DNA of 64,000 nt, counting the filler, from a bacterium (GTDB taxonomy: Bacteria > UBA9089 > CG2-30-40-21 > SBAY01), in NCBI GenBank assembly GCA_040757115.1. It is 8 parts of 8 records of this genome, joined end to end, with 100 filler letters (N's around TTAATTAATTAA, not from the genome) between each part and the next. Parts side by side here need not be neighbours in the genome. Positions count along the whole stretch, not along the records: positions 8,713 to 17,256 come from JBFLYA010000160.1; positions 17,357 to 25,881 come from JBFLYA010000161.1; 6 more parts are not named here. One strand, written 5' to 3'. This document shows, in pieces, positions 10,234 to 22,879 of this stretch. Under the pieces are notes generated by a model. The model saw only the letters and a list, made by a program, of their open reading frames with translations. It did not search any database and had not been told where the DNA came from. Within the stretch, counting starts at the first letter, position 1; each line of letters begins with the position of its first letter. The translations under genes and the position numbers were made by a program.

Positions 10234-11556
10234 ATGTTAAAGAAGATATTAATAATTGGTGGTATTTGTTTAGTGATGTTAGTGATAGCTTGGGTGTTGA
10301 TGATAGGTTACTTTACTGTAGTGGTAAAGACAAAAGATGAGAAGACAATTCGTCTTGTAGACCAGAATAAGATTATGAAAATTACGGCAATTCCAATTAA
10401 GATTACTAATGCCATCATACCACCACCTAAACTTGAAAGTAAAAAACCAGAAGAAAGAAAAAGGATAATCATAAACTATCTAAAAGAAGCGATTGAGGCA
10501 AATGATAAATGGCTATTATTAAAGGGTGTAGAAATAGATAAGCGGGTACTAAGAATGGGTGATGTTATAGTTCCAGTATTAATAGAGATAGTTAGGGATA
10601 CTAAACAAGAAGGTAGAGTGCGTCAATATGCAGCAAGTATGTTAGAAGAGATGTTTCGTTGTAAGAATAAAACACTTGAAGAATTAATCGGAGATGAAGA
10701 ATGGAAAAAGGATGTATTTACAGAATCGTTTAACTTAATTAAAAAGATAGATATTGAGAGTGCAGTGCCTACATTATTAGAAGCGATTGAGGATGAAAAT
10801 GCGTTCACGAAAGAATGTATAATCGGGATATTCGAAGAAATGAAAGATAAAAGAACAGTTGAGCCTTTGCTAAAGATTTTAGATGAGCAAAGAGTTTATC
10901 AATGGGAAACAAACTTAGGGAAAAGAACAAAAGAGGCATTGTATAAGATATTGAAGGAGACCCATGACCGAAGAATAGCTGAGGCATTAGATAGAAATGG
11001 AAGTGATTATGGGGTTTGGCTATGGGTAGATGAGGCAGGAAGACAAAAAGTAATTAACAGAGCTATGGATATATTAAGAGGTAATTATACCCCAGAAGTT
11101 AAACTTACCTATGAAGATGAAGAGAATATAAAGGCATGGGTTAAGAGGGAGAGGAGAAGATCTGCAGAAGAATTCAGAGAATTAGAATTAGAAAGAAAGA
11201 GGGTTGCAATTAAAGAAAAGGCTATTGGATTATTAGGTGTGGCTAAGGCAAAAGAGGCTGTGCCTATGTTGATTGAGATGTTAGAGAAAGAGGTAGAAAA
11301 GAGAGATTTTTTTGGTATTATGGGAAATATAATTACTGCATTAGGGAAAATAGGAACTGATGAGGCAGTAAATGTATTAATAGAGTTATGCCGAGCCAAA
11401 CAGATAGGGGGGGGGGTAACAATAGAAGCATTGGGAGAATCAAAAAATAGAAAGGCTATACCATTTCTTGAAGAAGTGCTAAACGGTAATGATAAGTTTA
11501 ATGGTGAATTAGCAGCAAAGGCCTTAAAGAAAATAACAGGCAAGGAATATAAATAA
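10234..11556 (+). CDS. Membrane-anchored HEAT-repeat protein (start moved to ATG 10234)
   Basis: AGGAG RBS before MLKKILII; ALGKIGTDEAV, ALGESKNRKAIPFL, AAKALKKITG. Confidence 0.8.
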   Translation: MLKKILIIGGICLVMLVIAWVLMIGYFTVVVKTKDEKTIRLVDQNKIMKITAIPIKITNAIIPPPKLESKKPEERKRIIINYLKEAIEANDKWLLLKGVEIDKRVLRMGDVIVPVLIEIVRDTKQEGRVRQYAASMLEEMFRCKNKTLEELIGDEEWKKDVFTESFNLIKKIDIESAVPTLLEAIEDENAFTKECIIGIFEEMKDKRTVEPLLKILDEQRVYQWETNLGKRTKEALYKILKETHDRRIAEALDRNGSDYGVWLWVDEAGRQKVINRAMDILRGNYTPEVKLTYEDEENIKAWVKRERRRSAEEFRELELERKRVAIKEKAIGLLGVAKAKEAVPMLIEMLEKEVEKRDFFGIMGNIITALGKIGTDEAVNVLIELCRAKQIGGGVTIEALGESKNRKAIPFLEEVLNGNDKFNGELAAKALKKITGKEYK

Positions 11557-11576
11557 TAATAAGAGGTGATAAAATT

Positions 11577-14500
11577 ATGAGAAAGATTAGATTATTAGTA
11601 GTATTGCTAAGTCTATTCGTAGGTTTTAGTGTTTATGCGGATGATGGACAAGGAGGAGGAGATGAAATGGAAATAGAAATTCCACTTGCCCCCCCACCAC
11701 CGCCGCCACCTCCTCCGATACCATCTCCAACTGGCAATGAAAAAGTATATATAGTCTATCGGGATACAAATGGTAAAATGGCAAAAACCCCATTGGAAGC
11801 GGTAACAGGTAAAACTGGGCATGTAGGATTTTTGATTGTTATGCCAGATGGGACAAGTTATGTGATTGATACTATTCCTGATCCCGACGGAAATGGTCCA
11901 CTAAGAGATGGTGTTAGAGAGACAGATTTGAATGGATTTAATGATGGTCAGGCACAAAACCTGTGGTTCATTGATACAGAATTAACTTCAACGGAAGTAG
12001 TGGACATTATTAAGTGGTTAATTACACCAGATAAGCCAGATACTCCTGAGATAGAAGGAGTTTGGGGTAAACCTTATACCAATCCACCTACTCACATAGG
12101 AGGACAACAAAAAGGTCCTAATCAATACGATTGTGTGGGATTGGTTGAGGTGGCATTGGAAATGTTGGCTAAAAAATACCCTCTAAATCATCCTGAAAGA
12201 GAACGACTTAATCTTACACCCGATGAAGTTGAAAAATGGTGGCTCCTCCCTTATGAACAGCTAATGGAGGCATTAGCGAAATTAAAAGAAGTTGATATTA
12301 CGGATATCTTTGGCGGAGAAGAGCTACCACAGCCGACTGATCCTGGGAATGATCATCCTGATGATTATATAGGGGTGTTGGGAAAACCAATACTTAAAGA
12401 GACTGAGGGACCAGTGGCTAATGTGGCGGTACTTTATCATGGATTCCCGAAAGAGGCATCAAGTATTATTGGTGATTCTTGCTGGATAACCCCTGAGTTT
12501 GAAATTGACCAGGTTACTATGTACCCTGCTATAATTATTCCCTCTGGTGGATTTTTTGGGCTGGAGACTTCACAGATACTAAAGTATAAATTAAGGAAAT
12601 ATGTAGAAGATGGTGGGGTATTAGTCTGTTTTGCCCAACAACAGGGGTATGAGTTTAATTGCCTGCCTGGAACTATTACTGCTTATGGGTGGACAGAAGA
12701 CCAATCCTGCTGGCAAAATGCCGCTTATATCGAGACTGACCACCCTATATTCGCCTCACAACAAGATGCTACCTTAGATGTTGGTATTGACGGCTACTTC
12801 ACTCAATGGCCTGATGATGCTACGATTTTACTTCGCAGAACCAAGAATCAAATGCCTGCTATGTTAATGTATAAATATGGCAAAGGCTATGTCATTGCCT
12901 CGACTATTTATACTGACTTTAGTTCAGCCTATAATCGAGCATCAGATGAAGAAATAAGGTTAGTCAATGACCTGATTAGCTATGTTGAGGATATAAATAA
13001 AGAAATTCCAGAGTATAAAGCTGGGGATGAAATAAACCTGCCCATAAAAATCACCTACGAGGAATTCTATGAATTCTTCCAGGAGACCCCAGTTAGGGCA
13101 ACACAAGTAGAATTCACTATCCGCGATTCTGATAAAAAAACACTCTCTACCAGCATCTTACCACTTGCCACTCCGCTTGCTTTGGGGCAATCCACCCAAA
13201 TCAATTTCACCACCACCTGCCCAGACAAATTAGGCATCTTCTGGATAAACTATACCTTAAAAGACCAGGCAGGTAATATTCTCAAGCCAGAGACAAAAGG
13301 TGAACGATTTGTTGTATCCAAGCATCTAACTGGCAGTACAAAGATTGAAGGTTATTCTATCTGGGCGATAGCAGAGGAACAAATTTTAGTTGGAGCTACA
13401 GCTACCTATACTGTTTTTGTTCGCAATGATACGGATGAAGATTTTGAAGGCAATATTGGAATAGGAGTGCATGAAGAAAAGATTAATGGTGGAAGATGGT
13501 GGGCATATGTAGGTACAATTACGGATGTTACTATCCCTAATCATTCCCAAGCTAGCTTTACCTTTACCAGAAAAATGTATATTTCCGCCAGTACCTACTT
13601 TGGTCTGTTCCCTAAAGAAACTACTTGCAATACCTATTTTCTGAAAGGAGCAATAGCTACCTGCGAAAAAGGTGTACGAGTAATGAAACCAGTAGTAGAT
13701 ATTCAAATTATCACAGATAAAAAAATTTATGATCAAGGGGATAAAGGAACTATTACTTTAATCTTGCAAGATAAAGACAATACATATAATTTAAGCTATA
13801 ATCCGGAGGTTAGACTTAAGATAACTGACCCAATAGGAGATGAAGTTTTTGCTACTAATACAACTTTAAGTATTACTTCTAATGGTTCTGTATCTACTAC
13901 AATAGGTTTCCCTTTAATTACAGCAATGGGAGGGGTATATTTGATAAAAGTGGATGTTTATAACAATGAGAGTAAAATAGGAGTATGGACAAGTTCTTTT
14001 GAAATACCAGAACCTGAAATTAGCACTAATATAATTATTCCAGAGATTTTTGTACCAGATTCTACTAACACTACTTCATTTTTATTAAATAACATTAGTG
14101 CTAAAAGTATCTCAGGAGGTAGTATAACAATAGAGTTTAAAGACCAGGATTTAAACTTAATTTTTGGGAGTCAGAGTAATTTTGCGACATTATCAATATC
14201 TGGCTCTACTACTGTAAATTTTAATATTCCAATTGAAAGTATTAAGTTTGGTACATACAAACTTGTTTATATTATATATTATGAAGGGAAAAGTCTGATA
14301 GGTAAAAAAGAGATTTCTTGTAGTGCTATTACTAAAGTAAACCTTGATAAACCAGAATATCGAATAAGAGAAACTCTTATAGGTACATTGACTTTAATCA
14401 ATTCAGGTAGATTTAAAGAGGATTTAGAAGCCACTATAACCATAGATGACTTAAATTTTGTTCCTACTAATACATTCAGTTTATTACCAGAGCAAAAATG

Positions 14501-17256
14501 GACTTTACCACTCAATATATCTATTCCAGAAACTTTAACCTCTGGGTATCATTATGGGACTATAAACCTTCATCTTAGCACTTCTACTAAATCTACCCAA
14601 TTTAAGTTTTATATTCCTCCTGCAGAATTAAAGATAGAGTTAGAGAAAAAAGATTACATAATTGGAGATATGGTAAATGTTACTATTAGTAATATAGGGG
14701 GTGTAGATGAAAGCTGTGATTATAAGATAAAATTGGCTGATAGTATGGGAGTTAAAATTTATGAAGAGAATAATAGAATTGATAAAATAGAATCGGGAAA
14801 AAATCAAATTATTTCTTTCCTTATTTCTGACCAGGCAGTGACGGATAATTATGTTATAAGTATGGAATATTATGGAGAGGAAAGAGGGACTAAAACGGTT
14901 TTTTTACCTCTTAAGATAACTGGTGTGATTAGCAATGTAGATATCTCTCCTGATAAAACTTTATATTCCTTTGGAGAGCCTATCTCTATTCAAGCAGATA
15001 TATTCAATCAAGGCTACCCTATAAATAATGGAAAACTTAATCTTAAAATATACAGGAATTTAAAAGAATTTAGTAAAATAGAGGGGATTTCACCTTCATC
15101 TATTGGTGTAGATGATGATAATGTCTGGTTTACTATCAGCGAGAGTTTGATTAGATATAATAAGGTTACGGGCACAACTACTTTATATGATATAGCGGAT
15201 GAGGTACCAAGTCTTTGTGTAGATGAAAATTATGTATGGTTTCTTGATCATGATACAGGATTAATAGAAAGGTTCAATAAAGAAAGCGGTCAAGTAGAAG
15301 ATTTAGAGAAGAAAAATAAAGTAAAAGTAGGAAATGAAAAGTACTATTTTTATAAAGATATAACCCATGATAATCAAAATATATGGTTTACTTCCTTTTG
15401 TCTCAAATATTGTCCTCCAGAGCCATTAGAAGAAGAGCCATTATTTGTATTTGAAGTATTCTTATATCAATATAATAAATCTGGAGGTCAAAAGAGTATT
15501 ATCTGGAATTATTCAGTAGAGTCCACAGAAGAACCTGACATAATTAATTATCTCCCTCTTTGTGTAGATGACAGATATGTCTATTTTGGAGTAGAAAAGG
15601 TATATCCTGATGGAAATAAAGTACTTAGATATGATAAGACCAATGGAACTGTGATTATTCTATTAATCAGGAACGAAGAAATTACCTCACTTGCAGTGGA
15701 TGATAACCATCTATGGATTGGCACAAATGACAAATTAATATCTTGTAATAAAGATGGAGGTGCAGTTGAGGAATATTTTCAGGGAATGAAGATAACTTCA
15801 CTTTGTAGAGATAATAACTGGATATGGATTGCTACTAATGGAAATGGTTTGATAGAATATGATGAAAGAACAGAAAAGTTCCAGATATATACTACAGAAA
15901 ATAGTGATATGTTAAGTAACAATATCACAACCTTATCGGCTAAAGATAGGGATGTATGGATGATTACAGATAAAGGTGTAGGCGAATATAGGGCAAAATT
16001 GGTAGAAGAAAGTATAAGTAATAACCTCGATATAGCGTCAAATGAGAAGAAATCAATGGTTATAGACATAGGCACACCTACAATCTGTGGTAAATACTAT
16101 ATAGATGCCAAATTACTATCATCTTCAGGACAATTTATCGCCTTTGATTCAGAGAGTTTTTATGTTACTAAAGCTACAGTTACCTTAACATTTAACCTTG
16201 ATAAGCCCGTGTATAAACCGGATGAATTAATAACCATTACCGGAAAGGTTTATAACAAAGATTTAGTTTTGCCAGCATACAATCTTAATCTATACATAAA
16301 CGCAGATGATAAAACGATATTAAGTGAAACAATTAATATAGGGACTAATTCACTCTACGAATTTATTGCTACTACTACAGCGACTAAGTCATTTACCATA
16401 GTTGCAGAGGTTGATGAGATAAGATTAGAAGAATATGTAGTCATTATAGAGGAGCCTTTAAAAATAGATATTACCGAAATAGGTAGTCCAAATAGAGGGA
16501 CAAATACCTTTACTATAAAATTAAATAACACCGGAGATGCAGAAACGGTAATAAATGGAAGATGGAAGATAGGAGATGAGGAGTGGCAGGAATTAGGGAC
16601 AGTCACAATACTACCAGGGGGAATAAAAGAAATTGCACTAAATTATCAATTCCCGCCAGATAATTATCAATCAGGTTATGCTACGCTTACCCTTGTTTTA
16701 TCAGGGGATATAACGGGAACATATACAGGACAGATAGAGTTTGGTGAAAAAGTTGATGTGAAGGTTGAACCAGAGATAGTCTATCCTTTGGGTTATGTAG
16801 AAGTACCATTTACTATTACCAATCAAGGAAAACAGGATTCAGAATTTGAACTAACATTCTTATTGAATAAACAAGAGCAAAAGCAGAATATTAAAGTCTG
16901 TGCTTCTCCCAGACCTAAAGTGCCTTCCTGGTTATTAAGTGAACCAAAGATAGTTATCAAGTCTAACCCTGTAAAGAATCCACACCCTGTAAAGAGTCCA
17001 GCAAAAGCACCACAACCTGATTATTTGGAAGACATAATTAGAATAAATAGTGAATTCTATATCCCAAATGGCGGAACAATTACGGGTAGTCTTATCTATG
17101 AATTAACCGAAGGTGATTATTCCTTAAGTTATGAGTATTTTCGTGGTACTGGAAGTGCTAAGTTCAAGGTAGCAAAAGAAAACATTGCTAAGATTAAGGG
17201 GTTAACCGTAGATAGTCCCCAGTTTAGAGTAAGGGTAGAAAATCCTGGCTCAAATG
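11577..17256 (+). CDS. Giant secreted multidomain protein, 3' truncated by contig end
   Basis: Sec signal peptide, poly-Pro linker, GHVG...QYDCVGLVE domain, GATase/ThuA-like segment (IIIPSGG...YVEDGGVLVCFAQQ), repeated DKxxYxxGE Ig-like units, propeller segment. Confidence 0.8.
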
Positions 17257-17356
17257 NNNNNNNNNNNNNNNNNNNNNNNNNNNNNNNNNNNNNNNNNNNN
17301 TTAATTAATTAANNNNNNNNNNNNNNNNNNNNNNNNNNNNNNNNNNNNNNNNNNNN

Positions 17357-18684
17357 TGATTCCTTTATACCAGAAAACATTAAATAAGTGTGGTATGGAG
17401 AAAACAAAAGATTTTATCAAGTCTATTTTTACCTTTACCAGTATAACCTCTATTTTATTGATGATTGCTGTATTTGTTTTATCTAAATATGTAATCAAAA
17501 TTATTGCCCCATCACTTCCAGAATCAACGATGAAATTGTCAGTTGAAATGTTAAAATGGTTATCTTTATTAGTATTGGGAAACGCCCTTTTTAATGTTTT
17601 ATCTTCAGTCTATAATGCACTACATCATTTTAAGATTCCAGCACTAACTGATTTATTAAGTAATTTATGTGTCATAATTACTTTAATCTTCTTTTCTGGG
17701 CTATGGGGGATATATGCCCTGGTAATAGGATTAATTATAGGCATCTATTTTGTAGTGTTAATTTTATTTTTTAATGCTTTAAGGTTGGAGATTATAGGAT
17801 TCAGAATGGATTTCAAGACAGAAGAATTCAAAAATTTCATTTATTTCAACTTGCCAATCTTACTTTATATATTCCTTCCACAGTTAACGGGGATTATAGA
17901 GAACTTTTTTGCTTCCTCGTTAAAACAAGGAAGTATATCTACACTTGGATATGCAAAACGACTATCTGAGGTAGTATCTACATTATTGGCAGCAAATATA
18001 GCTAAGGCAACATTTCCAACATTTTCATTACTATCCACAGAAAAGAAAATAGTGCAATTACAAGATATTGTTGTTAAACTTAACAAGCAGATAATAGTTT
18101 ACTTCTTACCATTGAGCTTTGGATTGGTATTTTTTAGCAAAGAAATTATTACACTTGTTTTTATGAGAGGAGCATTTGACTCTTTAGCGGTAGAGATGAC
18201 TTCCAATGTTTTTAAATTTTATGCCGCCATATTAATAGCAAATATGATACTACCTATTTATTTCCGACTATGTTACGCTTTTTCAGATACTACAACTCCT
18301 ATTAAGGCATTTGCTATAAGTATTGTATTTATGATTCCACTTTATTATTATTTGACCCCAATTTTAGGAATAAACGGGATTGCATTGACAAGTTCTATAT
18401 CAATTTTACTTACATTAATTTTTACAGGTATCTCTGTGAGAAAAAAAATTCAAGGATTAAATATCTTTGCATTAGGCAAACTCTTTGCCAGGTCTTTCTT
18501 GTGTGCTTCATTAGCCATACTTCCTTTGTTGAAATTTAAGCCTACCAATAACTACGAGATTATAATTTTAATAGGCGCCTACTTTATATTTTATTTTATT
18601 TTGGCCTGGTTTATTATGAACAAAGAAATAAAAAGGGTCGGAAAATCACTCTGGAGGATTAAAGATGATCCGGATGGTCAATGA
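17357..18684 (+). CDS. MurJ/MviN-like lipid-linked oligosaccharide flippase, 5' partial
   Basis: FASSLKQGSISTLGYAKRL, LVFMRGAFD, DTTTP motifs; frame open to contig start. Confidence 0.8.
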
Positions 18685-19999
18685 AATTATTGAACTGGAT
18701 GAAGAAAAAGGAGGATTTACTATGTTGTCGTCTTGGGAAAAACTAAAAACTAGAAAAATATGGATGAGTTCTATTTTTAGTGCCCTATGCTTTCCTGAAA
18801 TAATATTTGCCATATTTATTGCTCCAACCAAATATACCTTTATCAGACAGACATATTTACCTTTTTTACCATCCCCATTAATAATTTTTTATATTATTAT
18901 TATTTTTCTAATTACCTTACAGATATTTCAGAAAGGTAAATTACCGCATATCCCTTTAAGTTTATTATTACCTTACTTTATCTTGGCGTGTATCATAGCC
19001 TTAAGTTTAATATACACATCTAATTTAGAGTATGGTAAAATTAAGTGTTTGGAATTTATGATGTATAGCACTTTAGCTCTGTTTGCACCATTTTTTTTAT
19101 TTAGAGGTTTAAACAATATAAACCGCTTTATCTATACGCTACTTGTCATGGGCATCTTTTTATTTATTATTCTTTTTATTTCAAACCCTTATTTACTTAC
19201 ACGCACTTTTAGTACTATATTTGGGTCCAACTATTTATTAATACAGCATATCTCAGGGATGGCAGTATTAATAATTTGCTACTACTTTCTTTTAAAAAAT
19301 CAACCATTAAAAAAACAAGTAATATGGGTATTTCTATTGGTGATACTTATAATGGCAATTATTTACCCGGGTGGGAAAGGAGCTGTTTTTACATTACTTA
19401 TAACAACAATTATTATCGCAATTCCCTCCATAAAATTTAAGAATAAATTTAAAATAATGAATAAGCGTCTTCTAATCATCCCACTTATAATTTTTATCAT
19501 AGAGTGTGGGACACTAGGGTATTTTCATTTTGTTATGAAGTTTAGTGCTTTAACAGGTCGTCTTGGAGCTATATCATCACCACAACACTACAATCGAATA
19601 GAAAGACTGGAGAATGCTAAAGTCGCTTTAAAGCTATTTTCTCAATATCCTCTATCAGGGGTAGGGATTGGTGGATTCAGTGTCTATTCATATAAATTAG
19701 AGGGGATAGAAAGATTTAAATATCCTCATAATATCCTTCTGGAGGCTTTGGCTGAATTAGGATTAATTGGATTCATCTCCCTTTCCCTTATTTTATTTTT
19801 TGCCTTTAAGAACCTTCTCTATTTGCAAAAAATATATAAATATTCACTTTTACCAGGAGTCTTTATGAGTATTTTTATCTTCACTTTTTTAAATTCTTTA
19901 ACTTCTCAAGACATCACTAATCTTGCATTGTTCGCTTTCATTGGTTGTTCATATGCAATCGAACATAGCTTGAAAGATGAAAAGGAATGTGAGGGATGA
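18665..19999 (+). CDS. O-antigen ligase/polymerase (Wzy_C) family protein
   Basis: Multi-TM; YPLSGVGIGGF, YPHNILLEALAELGLIG. Confidence 0.85.
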   Translation: MIRMVNEIIELDEEKGGFTMLSSWEKLKTRKIWMSSIFSALCFPEIIFAIFIAPTKYTFIRQTYLPFLPSPLIIFYIIIIFLITLQIFQKGKLPHIPLSLLLPYFILACIIALSLIYTSNLEYGKIKCLEFMMYSTLALFAPFFLFRGLNNINRFIYTLLVMGIFLFIILFISNPYLLTRTFSTIFGSNYLLIQHISGMAVLIICYYFLLKNQPLKKQVIWVFLLVILIMAIIYPGGKGAVFTLLITTIIIAIPSIKFKNKFKIMNKRLLIIPLIIFIIECGTLGYFHFVMKFSALTGRLGAISSPQHYNRIERLENAKVALKLFSQYPLSGVGIGGFSVYSYKLEGIERFKYPHNILLEALAELGLIGFISLSLILFFAFKNLLYLQKIYKYSLLPGVFMSIFIFTFLNSLTSQDITNLALFAFIGCSYAIEHSLKDEKECEG

Positions 20000-21243
20000 A
20001 TATCTGGTTAATTCAAACAGGTGAAGTTTTACCCATAGAAGAAGATGTTTGCCAGATGAGAACCTCTTTTTTGGCAGATAAACTTATTGAGAGAGGGCAA
20101 GATGTTCTATGGTGGGCGAGTGCCTTTGACCACTTTAAGAAAGATTGGATAGTTAGAAAAGATACCGAAATACCCATAAGTAAAAGATACAAAATTTTTG
20201 TGTTGAAAGGAATAGGCTACCGCAAGAATATCTCTTTATCCCGTTTTATAGACCATAGAATTGTTGCCTGGAAGTTTAAAAAGATAGCTCCAAAAATGAC
20301 TAAACCTGATATAATAATAACTTCAATGCCACCACATGATTTGGCTTATGAGGTGGTTATGTTTGCTAAGAAATATGATATACCCCTATTGGTTGATATA
20401 AGAGACCCCTGGCCTGACATATTTCTAAATCATACCACCAGAGTCTTCAGAGGATTAGCTAAGGCGATGCTTCAATATGACTTCCATATGATTAGAACAA
20501 CTATGCAAATGGCTGATGGATTGATCGCAGTTACAGATACATTTTTGGGGTGGGGATTGAGGTATGCAAAGAGGGATAGATGTCCATTTGACAAGATATA
20601 TCCTCTTGGCTATAAAAGGTTAATATCCAGTGATACTTCAGAAGTCAGTGAAAGATTTCTACCTCTCCTTCAATTCTTGAATGATAAATTTATCGTCTTC
20701 TTTGTAGGTACAATCTCAGAGGGTCATCATGATCCCTCTATACTTATAAAGGCAGCAGAGAAGTTTAAAGAAGATAAAAGGATTCATTTTATGCTCGCTG
20801 GCGATGGAGAACTCTTTGGTAGAGTGAAAGAAATGTCTGTGAACCTTCCAAATGTAACCCTAACTGGATGGCTTAATCAGAATGAAATAGAGTTTTGGTT
20901 GCAAAGAGTTATGGTTGGTATATGTCCTGCTACAAAAAATGTAGATTTACCTACCAATAAAGCTTTTATCTATCTTTCAGCAGGTTTGCCTATTATATCA
21001 GCCTGGCAAGGAGAGCTGAAAGAAACTATCGAAAAAGACCAGATTGGGTTTTATTATCCCCCTAATAATGTTGATGCCCTTGTAAATTGTATTATAAATC
21101 TGTATAACAATCCTGAAATTTACAAAAACATGTCAGAGAATGCCAAAAGGGTTTTTGATGAGTTGTTTGATGCAGATAAAATATATACAGAGTATGCGGA
21201 GCACATTGAAAAAGTAGCGATTGAATATAGAAAAAGGGGATAG
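19996..21243 (+). CDS. GT4 family glycosyltransferase
   Basis: LVDIRDPWPD, AGDGE, PTNKAFIYLSAGLPII. Confidence 0.85.
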   Translation: MNIWLIQTGEVLPIEEDVCQMRTSFLADKLIERGQDVLWWASAFDHFKKDWIVRKDTEIPISKRYKIFVLKGIGYRKNISLSRFIDHRIVAWKFKKIAPKMTKPDIIITSMPPHDLAYEVVMFAKKYDIPLLVDIRDPWPDIFLNHTTRVFRGLAKAMLQYDFHMIRTTMQMADGLIAVTDTFLGWGLRYAKRDRCPFDKIYPLGYKRLISSDTSEVSERFLPLLQFLNDKFIVFFVGTISEGHHDPSILIKAAEKFKEDKRIHFMLAGDGELFGRVKEMSVNLPNVTLTGWLNQNEIEFWLQRVMVGICPATKNVDLPTNKAFIYLSAGLPIISAWQGELKETIEKDQIGFYYPPNNVDALVNCIINLYNNPEIYKNMSENAKRVFDELFDADKIYTEYAEHIEKVAIEYRKRG

Positions 21244-21288
21244 TGGGTAGGGTAAAAGAGATATTCTAAACTAAAGAGGTAATAATTA

Positions 21289-21909
21289 GTGAAGCGGTTA
21301 TTTGATATAGTTTTTTCGTTAATTGGTTTAATTTTCCTTTTTCCGTGCTTTGGAATAATATCCTTTTTAATAAAAAAGGAAGATAGAGGTCCTGTATTTT
21401 ATCGGGGACTGAGGGTTGGGATATGTGGAATACCTTTCAGAATTTTTAAGTTCAGAACAATGGTAATTAATGCAGATAAAATTGGAGGTCTTTCAACCGC
21501 AGATGATGACCCAAGGATTACAAAAATTGGCAAAAGACTCAGGAAATATAAACTTGATGAGTTACCACAATTAATAAATGTGCTAAAAGGTGATATAAGT
21601 TTTGTGGGACCAAGGCCAGAAGTTCAACATTATGTTAATATGTTCACCGAGGAAGAAAAGGCTATTCTAAGTATCCGTCCAGGGATCACAGATTGGGCTT
21701 GTCTTTGGAATTCAGATGAAGGGGCAATTCTCTCAGGAAGCCCTGACCCTGAAAAAACTTATATGGAAAAGATTCGTCCAACAAAGCTCAAACTTCAATT
21801 AAAATATGTGAAAGAACAATCCTTGTGGACAGATTTAAAAATTATATATCTAACCATTATGACTATTCTAACAAGGAAGCAGGTGTGGAATTATGAGGAA
21901 GAAATATAA
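21289..21909 (+). CDS. Bacterial sugar transferase (priming phosphoglycosyltransferase)
   Basis: KRLFDI, FKFRTM, DPRITKIGKRLRKYKLDELPQLINVLKGD.SFVGPRP. Confidence 0.92.
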   Translation: MKRLFDIVFSLIGLIFLFPCFGIISFLIKKEDRGPVFYRGLRVGICGIPFRIFKFRTMVINADKIGGLSTADDDPRITKIGKRLRKYKLDELPQLINVLKGDISFVGPRPEVQHYVNMFTEEEKAILSIRPGITDWACLWNSDEGAILSGSPDPEKTYMEKIRPTKLKLQLKYVKEQSLWTDLKIIYLTIMTILTRKQVWNYEEEI

Positions 21910-22879
21910 TAAGAACTTTTTGGTAGGATTATATCGGACGATGATGAGGATACGGATATGTGAGGAGAGTTTAGTAGAACCTATTCTGAGGGGTGAGGTT
22001 AAATGCCCATGCCACCTTTATTCTGGGGAGGAAGCAATAGCCACAGGAGTTTGTGCGGCTTTAGATGAAAGTGATTATATCTTCGGAAGCCATCGTTCTC
22101 ATGGCCATTATCTGGCTAAGGGAGGTAGTATGCCAGAACTTATAGCTGAGATTTACGGTAAGGAAACAGGTTGTTCAAAGGGTAGAGGTGGGTCGATGCA
22201 TCTAATTGCTCCTGAAAAAGGTATGCTTGGGGCAGTGCCTATTGTAGGTGGGACTATCTCCATAGCTCTGGGTGCGGCATTGGCTTCAAAGATAAGGAAA
22301 CAAAAGCGGGTAACCGTAAGTTTCTTTGGTGATGGAACAACTGGAGAAGGTGTGCTCTATGAATCTCTTAATTTTGCCTCCCTTAAAAAACTGCCCATTA
22401 TTTTTGCCTGCGAAAACAACCTTTATTCAACCCATCTGCCAATTAGGGAATGCCGCTTACAAAATAATATTTTTAAAACGGGTGTGCCATTTGGTATTCC
22501 AGGGGACAGGGTGGATGGCAATAATGTTTTAAAGGTTTATGAATCAACTAAAGCGGCAGTTGAGATTTGCAAAAAAGGTAACGGCCCGGTATTCATTGAA
22601 TTTTTAACTTATAGATTACGAGGACATGTTGGGCCTGATGATAATATTCATGGGATGCGGACAGATATCAGACCAAAGGAAGAAATAGAAAGATGGCAAA
22701 AAAAGGACCCTATTAAAAGATATGAAAGATTTCTTTTTAAAAATAAGATTTTGGTAAAGCAAGAGGTTGAAATGATTAGAAAAGAAGTAGAACAAGAGGT
22801 TAACAATAGCTTTGCCTTTGCTCTAAGCAGTTCATATCCAAAAGAAATGGAGTTAACAAAATATGTCTTTAAAGAATAG
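21893..22879 (+). CDS. TPP-dependent dehydrogenase E1 alpha-like subunit
   Basis: HRSHGH, KGRGGSMH, FFGDG...CENN TPP motif, TYRLRGH. Confidence 0.9.
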   Translation: MRKKYNKNFLVGLYRTMMRIRICEESLVEPILRGEVKCPCHLYSGEEAIATGVCAALDESDYIFGSHRSHGHYLAKGGSMPELIAEIYGKETGCSKGRGGSMHLIAPEKGMLGAVPIVGGTISIALGAALASKIRKQKRVTVSFFGDGTTGEGVLYESLNFASLKKLPIIFACENNLYSTHLPIRECRLQNNIFKTGVPFGIPGDRVDGNNVLKVYESTKAAVEICKKGNGPVFIEFLTYRLRGHVGPDDNIHGMRTDIRPKEEIERWQKKDPIKRYERFLFKNKILVKQEVEMIRKEVEQEVNNSFAFALSSSYPKEMELTKYVFKE

